27,190 nt of DNA from Eledone cirrhosa (GCA_964016885.1 CAXHJY010001302.1:1-27190); one strand, 5' to 3'; positions 1 to 13,384 are shown, counted from the first letter of the stretch. Translations and numbers: made by a program. The notes: generated by a model from the letters alone, not told the origin.

Positions 1-145
1 CACCCACCCTCTTAACTCTCTTCCTAACCTATTTACTCCTGAAGAAGGGCTTATGCCCGAAACGTCCCCGCCCCCCACTCTCAAAAGCGTGACCCTAATA
101 AACCTTTATTTGTCTGCCTCTCTGTTTTGTTCCCGTATAAATTTG

Positions 146-149
<4 letters not shown>
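1..149 (+). mobile_element. Penelope-like pLTR 3' fragment with degenerate hammerhead core
   Basis: CTGAAGA-A-GGGC-TTAT-GCCC-GAAA-CGTC at 39-66, then AATAAA and an end in (TA)n. Helix I does not pair. A related copy lies on the minus strand at about 22103-22250. Confidence 0.7.
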
Positions 150-195
<46 letters not shown>

Positions 196-256
196 GTATA
201 TATATATGTATATATATATGTATATATATATGTATATATATATGTATATATATATG

Positions 257-287
<31 letters not shown>

Positions 288-338
288 GTATATATATATG
301 TATATATATATATGTATATATATATGTATATATATATG

Positions 339-383
<45 letters not shown>

Positions 384-384
384 G

Positions 385-419
<35 letters not shown>

Positions 420-480
420 GTATATATATATGTATATATATATATGTATATATATATGTATATATATATATATATGTATA

Positions 481-545
<65 letters not shown>

Positions 546-625
546 GTATTATATATATGTATATATATATGTATATATATATATATATAAATATATATAT
601 GTATATATATGTGTATATATATATG

Positions 626-715
<90 letters not shown>

Positions 716-751
716 AATATATATATGTATATATATGTGTATATATATATG

Positions 752-787
<36 letters not shown>

Positions 788-816
788 TATAATATATATA
801 TGTGTATATATATATG

Positions 817-852
<36 letters not shown>

Positions 853-860
853 CATATATA
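149..860. repeat. (TA)n microsatellite interrupted by TG
   Basis: Direct reading; source of the YI/MY pseudo-ORFs. Confidence 0.98.
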
Positions 861-1012
861 TTTGAAGTAGATATTTCAGTAGTTCAAATGGCTGGAAGAA
901 TCCATTCGATTTGTCACCGGGTATTAACATTTACCTACGCGCAGTCACTTTGTTGAATAGATGAATGAAAAGTACATTATAAGAAGGTTAGTCTTTTTAC
1001 AATATATATATG

Positions 1013-1048
<36 letters not shown>

Positions 1049-1319
1049 TATACAGTATATATATATATATAAGTATGTATATACTGTTTTTACTACGTCT
1101 CCTTCCCCTTATTCTCATATTTAAACGTTTACTACCAGATTTATCGTACGATTTATCAATGAAAATATATTTGTTTTTGGTTTGTAGGAAATGTAGAAAT
1201 TGCGAAGGGAAATAAATTTTATGTTGTGTACTATATTTTCCAAATTATATAGACATTAAAAAGATTGCTAAAAGACATTTAATAAATTGAATAAACAAGA
1301 AATTGATAAATTCCATTTG

Positions 1320-1351
<32 letters not shown>

Positions 1352-1421
1352 TTGATATATATACTATATACTTGATATATAGTATATATAGTATATATAG
1401 TATATATAGTATATATACCGG

Positions 1422-1459
<38 letters not shown>

Positions 1460-1553
1460 TACATATACATAATTGGATCGAAGTATCAATAAAACAGAAT
1501 TAGCTGATTTTTTTTTGTGTGTGCGTGATGTGGAATGGGTGTCTTTGTTTTAG

Positions 1554-1609
1554 ATATCCTGCTCCCTCTCAACCAACCACCAGCCACCCCTCACAAAAAA
1601 ATCATATGA
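1554..1609 (+). other. Possible terminal coding exon of a host gene followed by a U-rich 3'UTR-like tract
   Basis: Acceptor-like TCTTTGTTTTAG at 1542-1553. One phase reads ILLPLNQPPATPHKKII-stop, followed by about 550 nt of non-repetitive U-rich sequence. No homology recognised. Confidence 0.2.
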
Positions 1610-2948
1610 GATAATATCTAAAGAACTGATGTGAAGATGGTGAACATATTTACTTTCAATTCTGCTTCCGTTTCATAACGAAAAAAAAAATAATAGCGAG
1701 ATAATGTTTGTATTCACTGACGACCATTTTGTTGTTTTTATTATATACTACTTTTTATATCTTTTATTTCTTTTGCTTTTTTCTTTCCACATTTGTAATT
1801 GATTATTGGTCATATTTTCTCAAGGAACAGTGATTTCATATTTTCGATATAGAATCGATTAAAGAATTTGTTTTTCTTTTTTTTTTTCGTTTTTTTTTTT
1901 AGAATTTTCAAAAACAAGAAGGATCTTTTTTTTCTCTTGTGTTTACAAATGGTGATAAAACAAACGAATGGTGTTAATTTCTTTATCTTTTTGTGTGTGT
2001 GTTTTAAGATGAAATATCATGACATTGGATTTGAATTCTCATAAAATTTGACAAGTTCAAAAATGAATTCTAGAAGGGTTATGTTTGTGTCTTGGAATCA
2101 CTCATCCATGAATCTTTCACTTAATTACCCTAGAGATTAATTCCTCGATATGGTGAACATTATATAAATATAACCTCCCACTTTTATCATTTCAAATATT
2201 CGGAGCCTCGGTTGGGGTAGGAATGTAGCTGTTGGAATGCGTTTGTTTTTTTTAAAAACAATTTAACAAACAGGTGTACCATGTAATTTCTCTTCTGCTT
2301 GAACAAATGTTTGAAGGGCTCAGAGTAAAAGGGGTGGTGAAGATATGGCGTGGGATCTGAAATACGCCATTTTTTGCAGATCATAATAATTTTAGAATAT
2401 TTTTAGGATATTATTTCAGAAAAATAATTAGTTTGATTATTTTAGTAAGCAGAAATTAATCGTCTTTTAAGTCCAAAAATTAATCGTTCTTTGAGTGCAG
2501 GCCTTGATCCCAAGGCCTTAACGCCTGATTTACAGCAAAGGGCTTTCTTTCACTTTCACTCACACCCTCTGTCTGTCTGTCTGTCTGTATATCTCTCTCT
2601 TTCTCTATCTCTCTCTCGAAACCAAACCGAAACCCATGGTTTCCACCTCCTTCCAAATGTACCCTGACTAAAGTCCTTCATTTCAAGGAGAGAAAACTTC
2701 TTTAATCTTCAACTATTTGCTAACCCTTTACGGAGCTCAGTTGAGACCCACAATGGATAATACAGCTATCGTATCTATATCTCCTGCTTCCAGACATACT
2801 GTCCCCTTTCTTTCGGCCCCTTCTACCGCTACTACAATAGTCTATATTCTTATATAGATATATATAAACGTATATATGTATACGTGTCTACAACAGACGT
2901 CCGACGAGCTTTTGATTCCAGAGTCGGGCCAGGTCGATACAGATTGAA

Positions 2949-2992
2949 CCTTGAGCTGATCAATAGCGAAACGCGTGTCACCAATCAATAAA
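2949..2992 (+). ncRNA. Degenerate hammerhead-like motif of a probable pLTR
   Basis: CCTTGA-GCT-GATCAAT-AGC-GAAA-CGCGT with an ACGCGT palindrome. AATAAA at 2987-2992 and TATATAAA at 2861-2868. The CUGANGA box is not intact. Confidence 0.4.
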
Positions 2993-3043
2993 CGTAATGA
3001 GGGCCAAACCAATCGTCCTTGTATTATTATTATTATTATTATT

Positions 3044-3171
3044 CTTTGACTCTCCGTCATTGATGTTATTTAATTGGACAGTTTGTTGAAATGAATATCA
3101 AGCCGCTACCTGCAGCCTCAGATATTCAGGACGTATCGGAGGGTTCTTGCTGTTCCAAGCAAGCATGCCTT
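3044..3171 (-). mobile_element. Dong/R4-like non-LTR retrotransposon, 5'-truncated 3' end
   Basis: Minus strand encodes KACLLGTARTLRYVLNI-stop, resembling the R4/Dong C-terminal motif QKAxLLGTARILRxVL. (TAA)n on both sides; second copy at 15746-15927. Confidence 0.8.
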
Positions 3172-3188
3172 TATTATTATTATTATTA

Positions 3189-3674
3189 GGCAGTTTTTAT
3201 CTGTCTGGTGGCCATGGCGAAAGAGATAGTATGGTCGACACGTTTGAAAGGGCTGAAGACGAGCACTTAACTCTTCGGTGATGCCCTGATTGCCTTTTTC
3301 AAATTTTATTTGAAAAGGAAAATCAGAGTAGAGAGGGAAGTGCTCTCTTCTCAGCATTTTGGTGAAAGATGGGTGAGAGAAGCAAGAATGGCCCGAGTGA
3401 ATGGGCCTACTCTGAGTATGTATCTGTAAATTAAAGGTGGAAAACTGGGAGAGGGCACTTGCCTTGGTGGTCAGGGTCACTGTGGCCTTTTACTGGGCTT
3501 TCTCCACAAATGTCCCTCCGAAGTCTCCCCCCTATTGGGGAATTTATCATTGTTATTTTCATTACATCCTCTGTTTTTGTTTTTTACACGCAGAAATGCC
3601 CATTTGTACCGTCCTGTATTATCCTGTACTGTCCTTAATGTCTACTTTATGTAAACCATTGTGGTTAATAAAGA

Positions 3675-3715
<41 letters not shown>
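3189..3715 (+). mobile_element. Tx1/L1-like LINE 3' end (ORF2 C-terminus, 3'UTR, (TTA)n tail)
   Basis: Frame 3190-3429 reads AVFICLVAMAKEIVWSTRLKGLKTST*LFGDALIAFFKFYLKRKIRVEREVLSSQHFGERWVREARMARVNGPTLSMYL*. The AKxxxWxxR and FxERW patterns resemble L1/Tx1 ORF2 ends. One in-frame stop (3268-3270); AATAAA precedes the (TTA)n tail. Confidence 0.7.
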
Positions 3716-3768
<53 letters not shown>

Positions 3769-3860
3769 CTAATGTAAATGATTTTGAAAACCATACAATG
3801 CGGTAGAAAATTAAAATTGCGAAGATAACAATAGAATCTTACCTTAGCAAATTTAATAAT

Positions 3861-3897
3861 CGCAAATATTTTCGGGTTTAAAACCCCTTGATCAAGG
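3861..3897 (-). ncRNA. Degenerate hammerhead-like motif
   Basis: Minus strand TTGATCA-AG-GGGTT-TTA-AACCC-GAAA-ATAT-TT with an AATATT palindrome, then ATTAAA. Two substitutions in the CUGAUGA box. Confidence 0.4.
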
Positions 3898-4233
3898 TAG
3901 TATCCCTGTGTGGGTCGTAAAGAATGGATCGGGGATTATTTGTACAGAAGGTAGATTTAAGTTAAATGTAATGAAAAAAACGTTAAAATCTCGAGCGTTC
4001 ACGTTGTGAAATGTCTGGGGAAAAGTGTATGATATATACATGTGTGTGTGTGAATATAAGTGTGCTTAGTGGGATGTATGTATGTTTGTTCATGAATGTA
4101 AGTTTATGTAGTGCAACGTGTATGAGAATATGTATATAATAAAAAGAGGAAAACGTGTGTGTGGTATATGTATGTGTGTGAGTAAGTCTGAGTGTGTATG
4201 CTTAGTGAGGATACAAACCTAATTTGATAGAAA

Positions 4234-4984
<751 letters not shown>

Positions 4985-5267
4985 TATTTGTTATACTCAT
5001 CATCCTGATACTTTTTTTTTCCAAACTCATTAAAACCATACACGATTTATGCGTCAGGATCTTTTTTCTCTCCAGAATTTTATTTAGAAGAAAACTCTCG
5101 TGGCAGTCATCTTTTAATGGAATATACGTTCCTCTTTATATTTTCTTTTTACGACAGACTTCAGTTAGAATATTAAAATCATTTTATGGATAGAAAAAAA
5201 AAACAATGGTAGCTCTCCATTCTGCAACATATATTTCCTCTGAGAGTTCTCTATATATTTATTTAAC

Positions 5268-5277
5268 TGTGTATGTA

Positions 5278-5356
<79 letters not shown>

Positions 5357-5802
5357 ATATGTATAAATATACATTATGTATGTATATATGTATAAATATA
5401 CATTATATATATATATATAAATATACACACACATATATATATATGTACATATGTATGTATATATGTATAAATAACATTATATATGTATATATATAAATAT
5501 ACACACACATATATACATACATATGTACATATATATATATGTGTGTGTATATTTATATATATATAGATATATAATGTTTATTTATACATATATACATACA
5601 TATGTACATATATATATATGTATAAATAAACATTATATATATATATGTATAAATATACACACAACACACATATATATATATGTACATATGTATGTATGTA
5701 TGTATAAATATACATTATATATATATATGTATAAATATACACACACACACACACATATATATATATGTATAGATATATATACATATATATTTATTTATAC
5801 AC

Positions 5803-5844
<42 letters not shown>

Positions 5845-5848
5845 TATA
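5268..5848. repeat. Compound TA/TG/CA microsatellite with recurring GTATAAATATACAC/ACATTATA subunits
   Basis: Direct reading. Confidence 0.95.
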
Positions 5849-6206
5849 GCCTCTTTCTCGACAAAAGTTTCTAAATGCTTTAATAACAGTCGGTCACCTA
5901 TTTTTATGCTGGCATTTTCTACAATCAGCTTCCGGTCAATCAGCCTTGAAGAAAATTTTACTTCGTTTTATTATTTGCTATTTGCTATATATAAGTTTTT
6001 CCCTTCTATCTAATTGAATCTATATTTCTATCACAAAGCTATACCGTATCTTATATAAAGCTAAGCTCTCCCAGTTCCGCTTTTATCTCTCGTAAATCCT
6101 TTTACTTTGACTTTGAGCCGTCTCTGATGTGGCTCCGCTTATCTTTACAGCATTCATAAGTGCTATCAGAATATTATTAGAGAGATAGACGATTCGGGAC
6201 ACTAGC

Positions 6207-6745
<539 letters not shown>

Positions 6746-7230
6746 TTTAATTGTGCTATAATCCTATTCGAATACTGCTTTAAGCCAGTTAGTATAGATA
6801 TTATACTGCTATCGCTGCCCCCCCCCCCCCCCCCATCCATTACTGCTGGCACTATAGTTTAGTGACTACAGAAGAAACAACTCAACAACAACAACAAAAA
6901 CCATCTAATTATAAAAGTAAAATAAACTAAACTAAAATACAATCAAATAAGGTTGGAGGCAACAATAAGAGAATTTAATAACAGGCTCTGATAATTGGCG
7001 CCAAGTTTAGGTAAATCTTAAACATCTTTTGAAAATGGGTTCTAATTTTGAAGATGGACAAAAGCCCTTTTTATGTGTCAGTAATACGGCTGTAAAGAAA
7101 ACATAAGAATTAATTCTGGGATATCGTACAGAGAGGCTGGTCATTGTTAAGAAATCTCTCGACTTCGTTTATTGTTATATAATTTAATATTACTTTGAAT
7201 AGCTTCAATGAAAAATAGATGGAAAGCAAG

Positions 7231-7900
7231 GACAGTTTCGCTGTTATATATAATAGCGAAGGTTATGTGTGTATATAGCGGCGTGTATATAGTGGCGTGT
7301 ATATGGAGGCGTGTATATAGTTGTGTGTATTTTAATGAAGGGATTGTGTATATTAAGAATGGCAGTGTGTATATGACAGTCTCGCTGTTATATATAATAG
7401 CGAAGGTTATATATGTATATAGCCGTGTGTATATAGCGGTGTGTATATAGCCGTGTGTATATAGCCGTGTGTATATAGCGGCGTGTATATAATTGTGTGT
7501 ATTTTAATGAAGAGATTGTGTATATTGACAATGACAGTGTGTATATTGGTAGTTTGTGTATCAGGGCTTGCAGTGTGTATACAGTAGTGTGTATGTATAA
7601 TAGTTTCTACATCAGAGATACCATTGTGTATATATAATGTATATATTAGTGAAGGTAATGTGTATATTAGGAATTGCAGTGTATATATTGTAGTGTCTAT
7701 AATAGTGTAAACATTAATGATGGCATTGTGTATATACAATTTATATATATATTAGTGATGCTTGTGTGTATATATATATTAGTGTGATATATCAGGGATT
7801 GCAGGGATTATAATAGTGTGAACATTAATAATGGCATTGTGTATATATTAATGTAATTATCATTAGGGTGTATAACATTTTGTATATTAGTGATGTCATG
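7231..7900. repeat. Degenerate GTGTATATA-based minisatellite with a tandem duplication of about 145-160 bp
   Basis: GACAGT(T/C)TCGCTGTTATATATAATAGCGAAGGTTAT starts at about 7231 and again at about 7375; internal GCCGTGTGTATATA repeats. Confidence 0.85.
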
Positions 7901-8016
7901 GTATATATATATATATATATATATGTGCGTGTGTGTGTGTATGTGTGTGTGTATGTATGTATGTATGTATGTATGTATGTATGTATGTATATATATATTT
8001 ACATACACACACACAA

Positions 8017-8075
<59 letters not shown>

Positions 8076-8092
8076 TTTATATATATATATAA

Positions 8093-8137
8093 GCTCCGAT
8101 GATCCCAGACAGTTGTCTGGAAGAAACGATCGTCAGC
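8093..8137 (+). ncRNA. Type I minimal hammerhead ribozyme motif (CCGAUGA variant)
   Basis: GCT / CCGATGA / TC-CCAGAC-AGTT-GTCTGG-AA / GAAA / CGATCG-TC / AGC. Helix I GCT:AGC, perfect 6-bp helix II, palindrome ACGATCGT, GUC triplet, ATTAAA right after. U4 is replaced by C. Confidence 0.75.
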
Positions 8138-8177
8138 AATTAAATGCATTAAGCAAAATTCTGATTGTTTTATATTT

Positions 8178-8239
<62 letters not shown>

Positions 8240-8289
8240 GAAATTTTACTGGACATATTGTATGATAGGGTTGCACCCTTGAATTTCAA

Positions 8290-8540
8290 TATACTATGAG
8301 ACGAACTGTACCTGTAAGTGGCTGAGCATTCCATAACACCTGTGTACCCTTATCGTATTTCTCAGGAAGATTTTGCAACAACTACAACTATGAGAAGGCC
8401 AGCCCTTTGGAATTACAAATACAACTTATTTCTGTCTGGTTTGGGGAGCTGGAGCAACAGTAAATGAAGTTCCTTCATCAAGGAATTAGTGTACCACCTT
8501 ACAATCAAGAGCAAAACACTCTAACCACTGAGCTACGTTC
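8290..8540 (-). mobile_element. Old degenerate tRNA-derived SINE
   Basis: The minus strand begins CGTAGCTCAGTGGTTAGAGTG (A-box-like tRNA 5' end). The body resembles, from recall, a common cephalopod SINE. Confidence 0.5.
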
Positions 8541-8782
8541 ATTGACAATCAATAATATATTATATCGCATTGGATAATATAGTTCTAAGTTATATTATGA
8601 CTCACAGCTAATAACTAATTTATCTTTTGATCATAGGTCTACCTAATCGATACTCCATTATGTACGTAGAGAAAGATCGATATTCTATTACGTCTATGTC
8701 AACATATTTTGTGCTGCTCTTGAGTTACTTTCATGTTAAAATGTAAGTTAATGAGAGAACATCGTGTCCAGGGAGCGGAGAG

Positions 8783-8815
8783 TATCGGTTTCACATCTCC
8801 TTCGAGACTCATCAG
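8783..8815 (-). ncRNA. Degenerate hammerhead-like motif
   Basis: Minus strand CTGATGA-GTCTC-GAAG-GAGAT-GT-GAAA-CCGATA. Both core boxes and helix II are present; helix I does not pair. Confidence 0.4.
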
Positions 8816-8891
8816 GTCAACAGACCTTGTAACACACATGCACTCCGAATTAGAGTTGGGTACTTTGTAGATATGTTCTTACATGCCACCC

Positions 8892-9400
8892 TCATCATCA
8901 GCATCATTGTCATCATCACTTCGTCATCATCATCAACATCGTTATCACCGCCTTCATCACTAGCATGATTGTCATCATCCCGCTGTCATCACCAGCCGCA
9001 TTATCATCGTCATCATCATCATTATCAACTCCATCGTTGTCGTCAGCATCATCGGATCGTCGTCACCATGATCATCGCCATCATCTCTCGATTGACGGTC
9101 AATTTACCGCAGGTATGTTGACAAGGTCTCTGCACTACCCCTGTCAACATTACTTGTCCCATGTTCAATCAGCAGTCGCAGCATCGCTGTTGGCCATCAT
9201 CCGTGGTGATGAGTCCCGATGTTTGGAAGGAATCCACATGTTAACACCATCCATCCATCTATACACCATCCAACCCAAGAATCAGTTACCAACTGAAGAA
9301 GTGTCTCTCAGACATCTTTGGGTACCTTAGTCAATCTGCTATCATCTTCTTGCACACTATTCCATATATCCGACAGAGCATCTTCCAAATGCTTCATTGT
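8892..9400 (-). mobile_element. Decayed RTE-like LINE 3' end with degenerate (GAT)n tail
   Basis: Minus-strand fragments DSRLTKV and RWMDGV (9241-9260), in different frames, resemble the RTE C-terminal pattern DxRLxK...RWxDxV. A degenerate (CAT)n tract lies at 8892-9085. Confidence 0.5.
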
Positions 9401-9909
9401 GGGCACACTGAAGATGACCCCACCTATTTTAATACGTAGAAGTGTGTCAGTCTTCTTCCTTGTCTGTTCTTCTATAAAATCTTCATGTAAGAGTGAAGAA
9501 GATTCCGAGATAAATTTATCCCATATTCGTTTTTATTTCCGTTTTTTTCCGAAAGTTTAAAATAGAAGCATTTTATGAGATCTCCATTTCAAACGTGTTT
9601 TAATATATGTGATATGTTAGAAAAGAAACCCGACTGGGGGTCACAAAAAAAAAGAAAAGAAAAAAATATATATGGGATAACAAGTTATCGTTTAAGGTAA
9701 TCCAGTTAGAGGTTATGAGTACTCTGTACTATGGAGAGTTTTAAAGTACGGCGTTATTTGACTCAACAGAGCCGCACATTGTATTTAAGGTCGAGTGACC
9801 CAATTTCGAGTGATTAGCGGCCTTTTGACACCCTAATCAATGAAACAATTGTTAATACTGTAAATAAAACCATTTTTTGTACAGCCGACCATGTTATTCT
9901 TCACTCTTT

Positions 9910-9944
<35 letters not shown>

Positions 9945-9952
<8 letters not shown>

Positions 9953-10497
9953 AATAGGATTTCGCTTCAACCATAGTTTTATACAATATGTATAAATATT
10001 TCGTATCTCCAAAGAAATACGGTTTTAGGAAGCCGTAGCTATGCAAACACCGGGGGGCTAACGCCCTCTGGTGATGTCCAGCAGAAGCAAGGGGGGACAA
10101 CCGTCTATGCATTTCAGGCTTAACTGGCCAACCGTATTTCTTTGGAGATACGAAATGTCTATACATATTGTATAAATCTATGCTTGAAGCGAAATCCTAT
10201 TTCTTTTTTTATTATAAGTTGAGCCAACTTATGCAGCTTCATATGCAAATGAGATTAATCACCTCATTTACACAGACGAGAAACCTATATATTCTCGCCT
10301 GTCTTCTAGTCCACCAGTCGCAAGCGGTGGGAGGGACCGTCCTGACGATGGCCAGTTAGCCTGAAATGCATAGACGGTTGTCCCCCTTGCTTCTGCTGGA
10401 CATCACCAGAGGGCGTTAGATCGCCCCCCCCCCCCCCCCCAAGTGTTTGCATAGCTACGGCTTCCTAAAACCGTATTTCTTTTGAGATACGAAATAT
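9945..10497. mobile_element. Penelope-like pLTR cassette with nested inversions
   Basis: 9947-10024 is the reverse complement of 10130-10208, and 9996-10129 of 10349-10497. Contains a complete HHR motif and a TATA-like CTATATA at about 10285; bounded by (TA)n. Confidence 0.8.
10336..10378 (+). ncRNA. Type I minimal hammerhead ribozyme motif
   Basis: ACCGTC / CTGACGA / T-GGC-CAGTTA-GCC-T / GAAA / TGCA-TA / GACGGT. Perfect 6-bp helix I, intact core, palindrome ATGCAT; predicted cleavage after 10372. Confidence 0.88.
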
Positions 10498-10891
10498 ACA
10501 TATATATATATTTTTTTTTTCGACCCAAACCACAAACTACAAGCTTTCCCCTTCGAAATAACCCCATCGGGTCTAACGAACTTTCACATCCTTCTCGACC
10601 ACGCCTCCATGCACTCCGGCGGTGTGCCCATAGTTAGACGTCCTAATATTATGTAGCTGTTAATGAAAGTACGTAGATAAAACAACATACAATGGCTGCA
10701 GAGAGCTGAGATCGCAATTCTACACTTCCCGGATATTACACCAATCGAAGACGTAATACGCTAATCCTTACCTACCACACTTAAAACTCACACAGCATAC
10801 CAAGTCTTGATACTTTTCTGACACACCTTGTATTTTACTGAATCTCTCTCTCTCTCTCTCACTCCCCCTCTCTCACTCCCCCTATCTCTAT

Positions 10892-10923
<32 letters not shown>

Positions 10924-10926
<3 letters not shown>

Positions 10927-11048
10927 AAATATTAAACAAATAATGAATAAAACAATGAAACAGTTCCTTATATTAAACAAAAAAAAAATTTTTTGTTTAA
11001 TATAAGGAACTGTTTCATTGTTTATTCATTATTTGTTTAATATTTTAT
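10924..11048. repeat. Near-perfect palindrome of about 125 bp
   Basis: ATAAAATATTAAACAAATAATGAATAAAACAATGAAACAGTTCCTTATATTAAACAAAAAA mirrored across an A/T run with one indel. The arm sequence recurs at about 13389-13424. Confidence 0.92.
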
Positions 11049-11182
11049 CTTGACTCTGTATACCGTTTATCTTTCACCGAAAGTGATTTTTCATTACATC
11101 TCTTCTTTCCATGATATCCGGAATACATTGAGTTCTTCATACGGATTGGACACTACCGTAAACTCTTGGTAGATTTATCTAC

Positions 11183-11394
<212 letters not shown>

Positions 11395-11424
11395 ATATAT
11401 TTTCCATTTATTAATATTGTTAAA

Positions 11425-11613
11425 GGCGATGGTATGGCAGTATCGGTAGAGGGTCGGACGCCATGCTTTGACGCATAGAGTTACGGCCCTTGCCATTCTG
11501 AGTTCAAATCCCGCCGAGTTTAACTTTGCCTTTCATCCTTACGGGGTCGATAAAATAAAGTACCAGTAAGACACTGGGTTATTGCTGGCCTTGTGCCAAA
11601 AGTAGAAACAATT
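11425..11613 (+). mobile_element. tRNA-derived SINE, full-length copy
   Basis: A-box-like TGGCAGTATCGGTAG, B-box GAGTTCAAATCC (11500-11511), 3' end CCAAAAGTAGAAACAATT; five other copies in the window. Confidence 0.88.
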
Positions 11614-11738
11614 AATAATAAAGATATTTTCCATAAGAAATGAGATGTCAACATGAATGGAGCTGTTATTTTTACCTAAAGACATTTTTTCCAATACCCC
11701 ACCACCCGTCCTCGCAATCTATTTTATTTCTCATTCTT

Positions 11739-11774
11739 TCTTCTGATGAAGGACTAGCGTTCGAAACGTTAAGA
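11739..11774 (+). ncRNA. Type I minimal hammerhead ribozyme motif in a pLTR-like fragment
   Basis: TCTT / CTGATGA-A / GGAC-TAGC-GTTC / GAAA / CG-TT / AAGA. 4-bp helix I, 4-bp helix II, palindrome ACGT. The downstream AGCGT..CCTAATA resembles the 1-149 family. Confidence 0.75.
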
Positions 11775-11863
11775 CCCTCTTCCTGCTATATCAAGCGTTA
11801 ACCTAATATATACCTTACATATACTGTACAGATTGTGTGGTTATTTCTGTTTTCCTTTTACAT

Positions 11864-11925
<62 letters not shown>

Positions 11926-12159
11926 TTAAGTCGTTTGGAAGCCTCGACAATGCAAATGGGTAAATCTTCGGGTAACAAGGTCCGGTGGTGGAGAGAGAGA
12001 TGTAAGTGGGTGTACGTTGAGATGCGTGGTGTGTATAAGACGTGTGAGATGTGTAGAATGAAGGGAAGAGTATAAAGGATTATATATATATATATATATA
12101 TCAAGTAAAATAACGGATTAATTGTTGTAATAATATTGCCAGAAATAATAACACAACAC

Positions 12160-12260
12160 AATATATATTAAAATAACAGATTAAAGTTTAAGCAAAAAAT
12201 CGCTGCTTTCACCCTTAACGGGATCCTCTGAAACTTAAATCTGTTATTTTAATAAATATT
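12160..12260 (-). ncRNA. Hairpin of about 30 bp enclosing a degenerate hammerhead-like core
   Basis: Arms 12160-12189 and 12231-12260 are near reverse complements. The loop on the minus strand reads CAGAGGA-T-CCC-GTTAA-GGG-T-GAAA-GCAGC. Related sequence at about 16341-16379. Confidence 0.5.
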
Positions 12261-12378
12261 TGCTCTACGGTTCTGATATATTTTATATATATTTATCCTT
12301 ATCGAGCCTTATCTTCAAATTTATTATTATTACTATTGTTATTATATATTTATATATATATATAATAATAATAATAAT

Positions 12379-12566
12379 AATTGTTTCTACTTTTGGCACA
12401 AGGCCAGCAATTACCCAGTGTATTACTGGTACTTTATTTTATCGACCCGTAAGGATGAAAGGCAAAGTCAACCTCGGCAGAATTTGAACTCAGAATGGCA
12501 AGCGCCCTAACTCTTTGCGGCAAAGCATGGCGTCCGATCCTCTATCGATACTGCCAATCCACCGCC
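12379..12566 (-). mobile_element. tRNA-derived SINE
   Basis: Reverse complement of the 11425-11613 family; embedded in (TAA)n. Confidence 0.9.
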
Positions 12567-12568
12567 CT

Positions 12569-12617
<49 letters not shown>

Positions 12618-12620
<3 letters not shown>

Positions 12621-12807
12621 TGTTTCTACTTTAGGCACAAGGCCAGCAAATACCCAGTGCATTACTGGTACTTTATTTTTATCGACCCCGTAAGGATGAA
12701 AGGCAAAGTTAACCTCGGCGGGATTTGAACTCAGAATGGCAAGGGCCGTAACTTTATGCGTCAAAGCATGGTGTCCGACTCTCTACCGATACTGCCAATC
12801 CACCGCC
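12618..12807 (-). mobile_element. tRNA-derived SINE, tandem with the previous copy
   Basis: Same family; (TAA)n on both sides. Confidence 0.9.
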
Positions 12808-12857
<50 letters not shown>

Positions 12858-13295
12858 GTGAAGACTAAAATCCAAAGAGGGCTTGATAAGGATAAATATA
12901 TATCAAATATATAAGAACCGTATATATGTATATGTATATATGTATATATATTTCTCTCTCTTTCTTTCTTACATAAAGCATAGAAACGATTTCCTCTCAG
13001 GCAGCTTATAACTAATGTCTAATACAAGAAATATAGAAAATATAGGGAGATATATGGCCAAGATATGGACTTTTTATGTCTACTGATTTCAACCTTTCTC
13101 TGTTCAGTGGTCTATAACTTCGTATGTACCTTTATCCTTGCACGAAATTAAGGGATTTTTAAGAAAATAACGAGAGAGGGCTTTTCAGGAAATCTTATAT
13201 AGGAGTAACACTGTATTTCAAATATTCTAATATTTGAGACAGGAATGTTTGTGTGTGTGCCTGTACGTGTTTGTGTGTTTGTATGTGTGCATATA

Positions 13296-13375
<80 letters not shown>

Positions 13376-13384
13376 AATTAATAA

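Noticed and set aside
2344-2370. Hairpin ATGGCGT...ACGCCAT followed by a T-run (terminator-like or HHR helix II)
   Set aside because: Eukaryotic context and no GAAA after the stem; a single short hairpin is expected by chance.
2187-2384. ORF with LHHPFYSEPFKHLF, reminiscent of mariner HPPYSPDLAPSDYHLF
   Set aside because: Only a partial match, missing the catalytic Asp segment; no TIRs or other transposase motifs. A profile search would be needed.
11425-11520. tRNA gene
   Set aside because: A and B boxes are present but there is no cloverleaf, and the sequence continues into a repeated SINE body.
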